A stretch of DNA of 64,000 nucleotides from a virus. The stretch spans positions 1 to 64,000 of the IMG/VR virus record IMGVR_UViG_3300030329_003954; one strand, 5' to 3'. The translations under genes and the position numbers were made by a program. The notes under the pieces were generated by a model, which made no database searches, was not told the origin of the DNA, and saw nothing but the letters and a program-made list of their open reading frames with translations. Below are positions 56,301-64,000 of the stretch, piece by piece; the stretch's first letter is position 1, and the number at the start of each line of letters is the position of its first letter.

Positions 56301-56679
56301 TTTCCCTTTTATAAAAGACAAAAAACATATCTACAATAAATTTGTAGATAAAGAAATCGGTGAGATAGAACTGGGGTGGGCCACGTTCACCTTTGAGCTT
56401 CACTCAGACTTGCATCAGGACGATCAGAAAGTTGACGGCGTATGCTGTTGGGATGAGCGTGCAATAAAATTAGAGATGAATCTCTCTGATTTCGATGCTC
56501 GTGAGACTATAATTCATGAAATCTACCACTGTATGCTAGAAGGTGTAGGATTAGACGAGAAAAACTTTGACCAGCAGAGGATGTTTATGTCTAATGAGCA
56601 GCTTGTGGTAGCCCTCACTAAACAGACCATGTTAATTCAAAAGTTTAACCCCAAATTATTCGCAACAATTTATGCTTGA
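56278..56679 (+). CDS. Small HExxH zincin-like protein
   Basis: ETIIHEIYHCMLE...NEQLV. Confidence 0.6.
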   Translation: MKNSKPSDFPFIKDKKHIYNKFVDKEIGEIELGWATFTFELHSDLHQDDQKVDGVCCWDERAIKLEMNLSDFDARETIIHEIYHCMLEGVGLDEKNFDQQRMFMSNEQLVVALTKQTMLIQKFNPKLFATIYA

Positions 56680-57094
56680 TCCAGAAAACATTACGCAGGA
56701 ATCCTACGAAACCGCTATTAGGGACGTAGGGCAAGTGGCCCGTGATCCAAACGAGGTCGCCAACCAGCTTCGTGAAATCTCAGCACTCTACGGCTATTAT
56801 TATGGTGTCATGATTAAGGTCAAAAGACTCCTAGACAACGCTGAGGATGCTTTGGAGAACTATAAGGCATCTGCTCGTACCGCCAAAAGAAGCGAAGGCG
56901 TTAAGCTGACTGCTGTCGCCGCTGAAGATTACGTTCAGTCGCTTGAGGTGACTGGAGAATTAAACAACGAATTTCGTCGTCTCAAGGAAAGCTACGGCTA
57001 TGCTAAGGGTATCTGTAGCACCTTGGAGATGAAGAAAGATATGCTTGTCCAGCTTTCCGCTAACAGTCGGCAGGAATCCAAGCTTTACCAGTAA
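56672..57094 (+). CDS. uvsY: Recombination mediator UvsY-like protein
   Basis: 140 aa all-helical protein between helicase and SSB; LYGYY, KLTAVAAEDYV. Confidence 0.55.
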   Translation: MLDPENITQESYETAIRDVGQVARDPNEVANQLREISALYGYYYGVMIKVKRLLDNAEDALENYKASARTAKRSEGVKLTAVAAEDYVQSLEVTGELNNEFRRLKESYGYAKGICSTLEMKKDMLVQLSANSRQESKLYQ

Positions 57095-57140
57095 CTTGTT
57101 AGAACTCGATTGCAAACCAACAGCCTAAAGGAGAAATAAA

Positions 57141-57965
57141 ATGGCAAAAACACTAGCAGAACTTCGCGAGATGCACAAGAAGATTATGAACGACGACAAG
57201 CCACAAGGTGGTGGCGGTGGTCAGGGCGTATCTAACTGGGCTACGTTCCAGGAAGGCGATAACTTCGTCCGGTTCCTTCCCGGTAAGGATGACCCGTTGG
57301 AATTCTTTGTGGAAGGCGCTGTCCACAAATATCAAAACAGCGAGGGTCAATGGCGGAACTTTAAGTGTCGTAAGACTCAGGGTGAAAAGTGCCCTGTGTG
57401 CGACTTCTACTTTGACCTGTGGCGTCGTCACAAGGAACTGAACCTGGGTAAGGATGCGACTGGCAAGAACGTCAAGTCGAAGTTTGGTGACCTTGCAACT
57501 CAACTCAAGGCAAAGCCGAGATTTTACTCGATCGGTGTAGTGCGTGCTCTTGAGGAGGCTGATGAGGATCCAGTCAAGTACATCGCCATGAGCAAGCAAT
57601 TGTTTGATCGTGTGATGTCGGCCATGATTAACGAGGACTTCCAAGATGAGGATGATCCTGATAACAGCACGATCATTGATTTGGAGCGTGGTAACGACTT
57701 CAACATCCGCATCACCAAGCAAGGTCAATGGCCTAGCTTCATCGAGTCTAATGCTAAGTACAAGAAGACTCGCGCTGGAACACCCGCTCAGGTTGCTGAG
57801 TGGATGGATAATGAATTGAACCTCCAATCTCTTGTTGAGATTGGTAGCTATGAGGAGGGCAGGGAACTTGTAATGAACCTTGAAGCCTCTCTCAACCCCG
57901 TTAAGACCGAGACCACCTCGGACGCTCCACCTTGGAGTGATGACAAGGGAGATTTGCAAGTATGA
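57141..57965 (+). CDS. gp32: Single-stranded DNA-binding protein, gp32-like
   Basis: VRFLPG, CRKTQGEKCPVC, IIDLERGNDFNI, acidic C-terminal tail; AAGGAG SD. Confidence 0.85.
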   Translation: MAKTLAELREMHKKIMNDDKPQGGGGGQGVSNWATFQEGDNFVRFLPGKDDPLEFFVEGAVHKYQNSEGQWRNFKCRKTQGEKCPVCDFYFDLWRRHKELNLGKDATGKNVKSKFGDLATQLKAKPRFYSIGVVRALEEADEDPVKYIAMSKQLFDRVMSAMINEDFQDEDDPDNSTIIDLERGNDFNIRITKQGQWPSFIESNAKYKKTRAGTPAQVAEWMDNELNLQSLVEIGSYEEGRELVMNLEASLNPVKTETTSDAPPWSDDKGDLQV

Positions 57966-58519
57966 TGAATAAGAAATTTTGGTTGACAGGCTTTTTCGTT
58001 ACAGTATTTGGCCTTCTGTGTACTGGTTGTGCGTTAGCGGAGAGTCTCTTCTCTGATAAAGTGGTTACCACCATTGGAAACGTGCGTCCCGAAGCTCGCG
58101 CTGAAGCCGTTCCGGCTGATTTAGGTATGCTTCCTCCAGAGGTTGCAGGCAAGATGGCAGCTAAAGGTGAGACTTTAGTTCTCGTAGACAAGGCCCACGT
58201 TTTGGACCCCACAGGGGATGTCGTGGATGTGATGGATCCTGGTTCGGAGGCTTTGGACTCTGCAATCAGCATGGCTCTTGGGGGTCTGAATACAGTCTTC
58301 CCGGGTGTTGCTGCTCTTGAGGGTCTTGGCCTTCTCTTCTCAAAGAGAAAGCGTAAACACTACGGTGCTGCTGTTAAGGCTGCTGTTCCTGGCAATGGCA
58401 AGATGGAGTTGAAAGATGCCGTGATGTCGCTTGGTAAGGCTATTGGTGCGGCTCACAGTTCGGATGGTTCGAAGAAGGTCTTCGAAGAAGAAGATAAGAA
58501 ACCTACGGCTTCAGCATAA
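57962..58519 (+). CDS. Putative lipoprotein / membrane protein
   Basis: MMNKKFWLTGFFVTVFGLLCTGC signal plus lipobox-like Cys; second hydrophobic segment. Confidence 0.6.
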   Translation: MMNKKFWLTGFFVTVFGLLCTGCALAESLFSDKVVTTIGNVRPEARAEAVPADLGMLPPEVAGKMAAKGETLVLVDKAHVLDPTGDVVDVMDPGSEALDSAISMALGGLNTVFPGVAALEGLGLLFSKRKRKHYGAAVKAAVPGNGKMELKDAVMSLGKAIGAAHSSDGSKKVFEEEDKKPTASA

Positions 58520-58544
58520 AAAAACAAAGGGCGAACCAATGTTT

Positions 58545-58579
58545 CTAACCCAGGTCCTTGGATCTGGGTTAGTTTTTTT
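58545..58579 (+). terminator. Intrinsic terminator
   Basis: CTAACCCAGGTCC-TT-GGATCTGGGTTAG-TTTTTTT. Confidence 0.88.
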
Positions 58580-58591
58580 ATACTCATAGGA

Positions 58592-58604
58592 CTATTATGT
58601 CCCT
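58592..58604 (+). promoter_or_regulatory. CTATTAT -10-like element 6 nt before the first glycosyltransferase ATG
   Basis: CTATTAT-GTCCCT-ATG. Confidence 0.6.
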
Positions 58605-59768
58605 ATGCGTAAACTGAAGATACTAGTTGTATTCGCAAACCACGGAGGGTGTAGTTACTATAGGCAATTAAGTCCCATAGGAATGATGTCTCAGGAATTA
58701 AGTGATAAGGTTGAAGTTAGATTCAACGACAACCCTTTAGAGGTGGACCCTGAAAAGAACTACGCTCCTCCAGCAGAGAAGCTCAATGACATGAATTGGG
58801 CTGACATTGTCTTTGTCGCAAACATTCTAAAGTATGGAGGCCCCTATACCGCTCGTGTTGTTGGGATCGCTAAAGAATTAAAGAAGTTTGTTCACTTTGA
58901 CACAGATGACTTGCTGACCGATCTTTATGAAGAGCATCACTTATTTGAAACCTACAGAGACAACAAGCTTGGTGAAGTTACAAAGTATTGCTATTACAAC
59001 GCTGACCTAGTGACTGTTACGTCTGCTAAGTTTGCTAATAGAATTAGACCTTTCATAGGTAGATGTTTAGCTGTAGTTAAGAACAACCTAGATTACCAGC
59101 TACCTGCGTGGAACCACCCAAAAACCAAAGCGAAGTTTACAAGAATTGGTTACGCGGCAGGTATTCACCACCGGGGTGATGTTAAGGTCTTCAACGCCAT
59201 CCCTCACCTTGTCAATCAAAAGGTTGGCAAGGAAAATGTGCAATGGAATTTCTATGGCCACCCACCCCCAGACCCCAAGAAGCCTAAGGATAGTTGGGAG
59301 GCTAAGGTCTGGCCTGAGTACCTCTCACAGCTTCTGAGGGGCTTCAAGGGGCACAAAAACTATAACATCCACTACGCGCTACCTCCTGATGCTTACGGAC
59401 GTTATTACGCGGATATGGACGTTGCGATAGCACCCTTGCAGATGAACAACTTTAACGATTCTAAATCAGATATTAAGGTGGCTGAATGCTCTCGGTACAA
59501 GATTCCGCTGGTTGCCAGTAACGTTGGCTGCTATGAAGATACAATTATTAACGGTGAGACAGGCTATTTGATTGATCCTGATGCTCCTAAGAGTGAATGG
59601 ATAAGGATACTTACTAAACTTTGCAAGGATAAAAAGCATCGTATTGAATTGGGTAGAAACTTACATGAACGAACAAAGGATTTGTTTGATGGGCGAAAGT
59701 CGTGCCAGGGGAGGTATGACTTGTACATGCAAGCAATGCAGCAAGTGGGGTATAAATTAAATGATTAA
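58605..59768 (+). CDS. GT-B glycosyltransferase (GT4-like)
   Basis: GCSYYRQLSP, FDTDDL, IAPLQMNNFNDSKSDIKVAE, VASNVGCY...GETGYL. Confidence 0.85.
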   Translation: MRKLKILVVFANHGGCSYYRQLSPIGMMSQELSDKVEVRFNDNPLEVDPEKNYAPPAEKLNDMNWADIVFVANILKYGGPYTARVVGIAKELKKFVHFDTDDLLTDLYEEHHLFETYRDNKLGEVTKYCYYNADLVTVTSAKFANRIRPFIGRCLAVVKNNLDYQLPAWNHPKTKAKFTRIGYAAGIHHRGDVKVFNAIPHLVNQKVGKENVQWNFYGHPPPDPKKPKDSWEAKVWPEYLSQLLRGFKGHKNYNIHYALPPDAYGRYYADMDVAIAPLQMNNFNDSKSDIKVAECSRYKIPLVASNVGCYEDTIINGETGYLIDPDAPKSEWIRILTKLCKDKKHRIELGRNLHERTKDLFDGRKSCQGRYDLYMQAMQQVGYKLND

Positions 59769-60528
59769 ATTTGTTAGTGGTTGGGGTGGTCCTGGCGGTT
59801 CCACCATCGCTTTTAATAGTCTTGTAAACGCTCTTAATGCGAAGGGTATCAAGTCTTGTTTTTACACTCCGCATAAGTGGGAGGGTATAACCTGTGAATG
59901 GAAGCATCATGATGAGGTGTCTCCTTTAAAAGAAGATGTGTTTGTATACCACTACATGCGTGTGACTGACAAGTTGCCTGTTAAGAAACAGATACTATCT
60001 TGCCATGAGACAGAGATCTTCCCGATCAAAGAGATGAATGACTTGGTGTTTGATGACGTTCACTTTGTCTCTAACTTTCAAAGAGATTGGCACGGTATCG
60101 ATGGGCATGTTATCCCGAACATTGTTCAAAAATACACGCCCAAAGATAATAAATTTAAAGTGGCTGGTATTATTGGTAGCGTAGATGAGAACAAAAGAAC
60201 TCACGAATCTATCGAGAGAGCCCTAAAGCATGGGCACGACGATGTTAGAATTTATGGAGCGGTTACCTCTCCTGAATATTTTAACGATAAGGTGTTGCCT
60301 TTGCTTGGTAACAAAGTCTCCTACAGAGGCGTCTCCACGGACATGCAGTCAGTGTATGATGTATTAACTGATGTCTTCCACTCTCCAAAGCTTGAGACCT
60401 TTAACTTAATCAAGCCTGAGTGTAAGAGTGCAGGAGTGAAATACCACGGCAACGAGGGTAATGACACCCAGGCTGAGTACTGGGAAGACGATAAGGTTCT
60501 TGAAGCATGGATCGACTTATTGAACTAA
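59761..60528 (+). CDS. GT-B glycosyltransferase-like protein
   Basis: GPGGST, VHFVS, VIPN, HSPKLETFNLIKPE. Confidence 0.65.
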   Translation: MIKFVSGWGGPGGSTIAFNSLVNALNAKGIKSCFYTPHKWEGITCEWKHHDEVSPLKEDVFVYHYMRVTDKLPVKKQILSCHETEIFPIKEMNDLVFDDVHFVSNFQRDWHGIDGHVIPNIVQKYTPKDNKFKVAGIIGSVDENKRTHESIERALKHGHDDVRIYGAVTSPEYFNDKVLPLLGNKVSYRGVSTDMQSVYDVLTDVFHSPKLETFNLIKPECKSAGVKYHGNEGNDTQAEYWEDDKVLEAWIDLLN

Positions 60529-61121
60529 CTAAAACTAAGAACTACGTCATCAATGTAGACTCATCAAAGGAGTCCATGGCAGAGTGTAAAAATGTCTTGG
60601 ACCAGCTTGGTGTGCCTTTTGAGAGATCATCTGCTAACACTACGTCTTCACCATCAAATCCCTACGGTAATCACTTTGTGGGTTGTGGCTTGTCTCACTT
60701 GCATCTTCTGAAAAACATGAAGCCGGGGACTGTAGTGTTTGAGGATGATATTGTGCCAACAGACGCTTTCAAGTTAAAGTTTTCAGTGCCTGAATATACT
60801 GACGCTGTCTATTTAGGGGTGTCTAATCATGGCACAATTAGGAATAATAATTTTGGATATCCTGGTATCGTGATGGCTACTCAAGAGACACCAGAATTTA
60901 AAAGAGTGTATAACATGTGCGGAACTCATGCCATGTTGTTCTTGAGTCAGAGATACATCGACGCTGCTGCTGAAGTTATTGAATCTTATCTTAATGACTT
61001 CATTCCTTGCGATGTGGCGTTAGCTTCCATACACAAGGACTTCAAGGTTCTAACGCCAAATAGCCCTTACTTCTACCAAAAAGATCAACCAGATCTTACT
61101 AACTTCACATTGAAAGTATGA
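60507..61121 (+). CDS. GT25-like glycosyltransferase
   Basis: YVINVD, GCGLSH, VFEDD, THAM, CDV. Confidence 0.75.
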   Translation: MDRLIELTKTKNYVINVDSSKESMAECKNVLDQLGVPFERSSANTTSSPSNPYGNHFVGCGLSHLHLLKNMKPGTVVFEDDIVPTDAFKLKFSVPEYTDAVYLGVSNHGTIRNNNFGYPGIVMATQETPEFKRVYNMCGTHAMLFLSQRYIDAAAEVIESYLNDFIPCDVALASIHKDFKVLTPNSPYFYQKDQPDLTNFTLKV

Positions 61122-61903
61122 GTAATATAATCACTTCAGATGTTATTGGGCCATCACCTGGATGTGCAGGTATTGGCAATCAGCTATTTCAAATAGCCTC
61201 AGTTCTAAGTTACTCAAAAGACAATGGACACAAGGCAATCTTCCCAATCATAAAGAGTCCAAACCATGGGGGCTACTTCAATAACTTCTTAAGGAGATTA
61301 TGCACCGACGAGTCCGAGGGTCATGCCTTCGTATTCACCGAGTCTTCATTTGAGTTCGAACCTATTCCAGTGGTTAATAACTCAGTTTTTATTAAGAATA
61401 GTTACCTTCAAAGTCATCGCTACTTTCAACACAATAGAGACCACATTCTAAAAATGTTTGAGATGACCGATGAGGATTTAAACTATCTGAAGAGCAAGTA
61501 TAAGGTAGATGAGTTTACGACTGGAATGCACATCCGCAGAGGAGATTACCTAGAGCTTCCTTATTCAAACTATCATGCTGATCTGACGAGCACAGACTAC
61601 TATGAGAGAGCCTTAGACTTGCTCAAGCCATCCAACCTACTCATCTTCACTAACGATAAGGAGTGGGCAAGAGAGAGGTACCCAGGCCATGTAATAGCTG
61701 ATGAGGATAAGGATTATATGGAGATTTACCTCATGTCCTTGTGTCAGAACAATATAATTGCTAACTCTAGCTTCTCTTGGTGGGGAGCTTGGTTAAACAA
61801 TAATCAAGGTAGGAAGATTGTTGCTCCCACCAAATGGTTCGGGCCTTTAAACGCTCATTTATCAACAAAGGATATGCATCCGAAGGATTGGATTTTAATA
61901 TGA
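61118..61903 (+). CDS. GT11 alpha-1,2-fucosyltransferase-like
   Basis: GIGNQLFQIA, YLQSHRYF, HIRRGDY, NIIANSSFSWWGAWL. Confidence 0.92.
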   Translation: MSNIITSDVIGPSPGCAGIGNQLFQIASVLSYSKDNGHKAIFPIIKSPNHGGYFNNFLRRLCTDESEGHAFVFTESSFEFEPIPVVNNSVFIKNSYLQSHRYFQHNRDHILKMFEMTDEDLNYLKSKYKVDEFTTGMHIRRGDYLELPYSNYHADLTSTDYYERALDLLKPSNLLIFTNDKEWARERYPGHVIADEDKDYMEIYLMSLCQNNIIANSSFSWWGAWLNNNQGRKIVAPTKWFGPLNAHLSTKDMHPKDWILI

Positions 61904-62598
61904 AAATAGCTTTCGTAATTGTAGCGACCAATGACTATGTGAAGTTTGTTAACCCCCTGTTAGACTCTATTCACAAGTACTTTCTAAAGAATCACGATAG
62001 AGATTTCTTCGTGTTCACGGATAACGTGAATCATCCTTTGAATCACGATGCTGTCGCATTAAAGATTGAGCCGAGGGGTTGGCCTGGAGATTCCTACTAT
62101 CGTTATCACTACTTCCTAACAATAAAGGATAAGCTAAAGGACTACGATTACATTTACTATTTAGATGCAGATATGCTTGTCGTTGATCATGTTGGCGAAG
62201 AAGTCCTTACTGATCTTTTAGGAGTTCAGCATCCCGGCTTTATAGTTAACAAGCAAGGTACACCAGAGGATGTACAGACAGAATCCACAGCCTATCTTAA
62301 GAAGGAAGAGGTGTCACAATACTGTTGTGGAGGCTTCCAAGGAGGTTCCGCTGACGAGTATCTTAAGCTTTGTGAAGTGGTGTCAAAAAATATTGACAAG
62401 GATGACTCTAAGGGCATATTAGCAATATACCATGATGAATCACATGTTAATAGGTATTTCGCGGATAATCCTCCAACGAAAATCTTAGATGCAGGTTATT
62501 GTGCTCCTGAATCAGCTTGGTCGATACCATTCCCCAGCATGATATTAGCGTTGGATGTTTCTGTAGATCAGATATTAAAGAAGGATTCCCGTGGATAA
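61900..62598 (+). CDS. GT6 (ABO-type alpha-1,3-Gal/GalNAc transferase)
   Basis: IVATNDY, FVFTD, GWP, DADM, HPGF, GGFQGG, HDESHVNRYF. Confidence 0.9.
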   Translation: MKIAFVIVATNDYVKFVNPLLDSIHKYFLKNHDRDFFVFTDNVNHPLNHDAVALKIEPRGWPGDSYYRYHYFLTIKDKLKDYDYIYYLDADMLVVDHVGEEVLTDLLGVQHPGFIVNKQGTPEDVQTESTAYLKKEEVSQYCCGGFQGGSADEYLKLCEVVSKNIDKDDSKGILAIYHDESHVNRYFADNPPTKILDAGYCAPESAWSIPFPSMILALDVSVDQILKKDSRG

Positions 62599-63232
62599 TT
62601 ATCTAAAAGGAAAGAGAGTAGCCTTGGTTGGCCCTGCTAAATCGATTGAAGGGAGCAACAATGGTGCTTACATAGATTCTCATGATGTGGTCGTTAGATT
62701 GAATCATGCTAAAATTGGTAATCCGTTAGACTCAGGAACCAGAACAGACATCATCTATTATGATGGTTCCTACCATGATTATGGAGATACAAAGCTTAAA
62801 TATCTCGTTTGCTCTTATCCTCCTTCGGAATGGTTCTTCAATGAACGATGTCTGGAAACTTGCCATGTGTATGGTTACACTTATTTAAACAAGCACGAGA
62901 TAATAGATTCGGATCTGTATTCTAATATTAAAACAAGCTTGAATGAAAACAATAAGAGCAGACCTAATACTGGCCTAATTGCCATGGTGGATTTGCTGAA
63001 CTATGATATCGATAGCTTATTTATCACTGGATTGGACTTCTACCGCACCAGTTACGCTAAAGAGCATCCTGATTACGGGGATACCGATTTGGAGAGAATA
63101 AGCGAAATATTCAAAATTGGAGACAATGGGGACTATCATGATATCGAAGGTCAATTTCAATACTTTTTAAACAACGTAGCGACTGACAAACGTTTGAAGG
63201 TGGATGACTTTCTTAGCGATTATTTACCGTAA
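62591..63232 (+). CDS. GT29 sialyltransferase-like protein
   Basis: VALVGPA...GAYIDSHDVVVRLN (sialylmotif L), PNTGLIA...ITGLDFY (S), HDIEGQ (VS-like). Confidence 0.7.
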   Translation: MDNYLKGKRVALVGPAKSIEGSNNGAYIDSHDVVVRLNHAKIGNPLDSGTRTDIIYYDGSYHDYGDTKLKYLVCSYPPSEWFFNERCLETCHVYGYTYLNKHEIIDSDLYSNIKTSLNENNKSRPNTGLIAMVDLLNYDIDSLFITGLDFYRTSYAKEHPDYGDTDLERISEIFKIGDNGDYHDIEGQFQYFLNNVATDKRLKVDDFLSDYLP

Positions 63233-63234
63233 AC

Positions 63235-64000
63235 ATGTTAGACATTGAACACTTTGATCACAAGTTTAGAACTATAATATCAACTCCTGAGTTTGACGAG
63301 TTGAAGAAGTTATACAGTGAGGCAACCCATGTTTTTTACTTTGGACACGGTGGCAACATGTCAATCGCGGAGCACGCTGCAATTGACGCTTCACGCCTGA
63401 CGGATAAAAATATCGTGGCACCTGCGGGTGGAGTTTTATGCACCTCAATTCAGAGCGATACTAATTTTAATGATTGGTTGATGCACTGGTTGGATATGCG
63501 TACTCGTGGTTTAGATAAGAGTAAATGCCTTGCAATAGGTATGTCTTGCTCAACCAGCGGCAAGTCCTCAGACTGTTTAGCTACTGCCTTAAACTGGGCA
63601 TCTAATAACGGTATAAAATCTTGCTTGTGGGCGGCTCAACCGAAAGAAAAAGACATCAATTCAGATGTTCTTCAAATTATACAGAACGTGAAGTATTATC
63701 ATACTTCTGAGTTAATGTCATTAGCACTAACTTACGAGCTTATTCACGGTGCGGGACATACGTGCCCCAGCATATCCAAGAAAGCTAAAAGCAGACGTTT
63801 TGATTGCTTAGGTATTAAATCAGAAGTTGAAGAGGGTACATTATACAATCAGCAGGTGCCCCCAGGTCTTGAAGAAGAACTTGATACATTGGCCATCGAC
63901 TTTGATGGAGTCATTCATACCTTTGATAAAGGGTGGCATGATGGCACTTGCTACGGTGATCCAATAGAGGGCTCGTTAGAAGCTATTAAGGAGCTAGCTA
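63235..64000 (+). CDS. SIS-domain (GmhA-like sugar isomerase) fused to a HAD phosphatase; 3'-truncated and absent from the ORF track
   Basis: Manual translation: MLDIEHF...FYFGHGGNMSIAEHAAID...IGMSCSTSG...YHTSE...LAIDFDGVIH...PIEGSLEAIKELA, open to the window end. Confidence 0.75.
   Translation, partial: MLDIEHFDHKFRTIISTPEFDELKKLYSEATHVFYFGHGGNMSIAEHAAIDASRLTDKNIVAPAGGVLCTSIQSDTNFNDWLMHWLDMRTRGLDKSKCLAIGMSCSTSGKSSDCLATALNWASNNGIKSCLWAAQPKEKDINSDVLQIIQNVKYYHTSELMSLALTYELIHGAGHTCPSISKKAKSRRFDCLGIKSEVEEGTLYNQQVPPGLEEELDTLAIDFDGVIHTFDKGWHDGTCYGDPIEGSLEAIKELA

Noticed and set aside
57095-57140. T4 gene 32-like autoregulatory pseudoknot upstream of SSB
   Set aside because: Only weak pairing (TGTT/AACA) was found; not supportable without folding analysis
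57153-57959. 268-aa antisense ORF spanning the SSB gene
   Set aside because: It mirrors gp32 codon for codon and is explained by biased codon usage on the sense strand; no recognisable motif
28947-58604. tRNA or structured ncRNA genes in intergenic gaps
   Set aside because: All gaps are under about 90 nt and are accounted for by terminators, promoters and SD sites; no cloverleaf seen
63270-63280. CTATAAT motif copy
   Set aside because: It lies inside the SIS-HAD coding region with no start codon at the expected spacing
1-64000. Stop-codon reassignment as an explanation for the split genes
   Set aside because: Genes are full length in the standard code, and the polymerase breaks involve frame changes rather than in-frame stops

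Overview
A gene-dense segment of a large lytic myophage genome, almost all on the + strand and in the standard genetic code. It combines a T4-like morphogenesis module with a replication module that is not T4-like. 1-28.9 kb: end of a probable tape measure gene, baseplate hub, spike and wedge genes (gp53-, gp27-, gp5-, gp25-, gp6-like) and several very large fibre or spike proteins with carbohydrate-active or lectin-like domains. 29-40 kb: head, neck and tail module (small core or internal proteins, gp21 protease, gp22 scaffold, gp23 capsid, gp13/14/15, gp18 sheath, gp19 tube); portal and terminase are not in the window. 40-58.5 kb: Holliday-junction resolvase, a short gp55-like late sigma factor, a family A DNA polymerase split into three consecutive ORFs with an N-terminal UDG-like Fe-S domain, ThyX, Mre11/Rad50 (gp47/gp46), a probable class II RNR, gp41 helicase, UvsY and gp32 SSB. 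58.6-64 kb: a glycosyltransferase cassette (GT4-like x2, GT25, GT11, GT6, GT29-like) and a SIS-HAD fusion that runs off the end. Most notable: the tripartite PolA whose exonuclease motifs are divided between polypeptides; a recurring CTATnAT -10 element 5-6 nt before start codons, including a symmetric 17-bp bidirectional promoter shared by the sigma and polymerase genes; an ABO-like glycan cassette; and a tail protein joining an apparently dead GH5-like barrel to an intact beta-helix hydrolase. No tRNA, rRNA, CRISPR array, integrase, intron or intein was recognised. All functional calls come from motif recognition by eye, not database searches.
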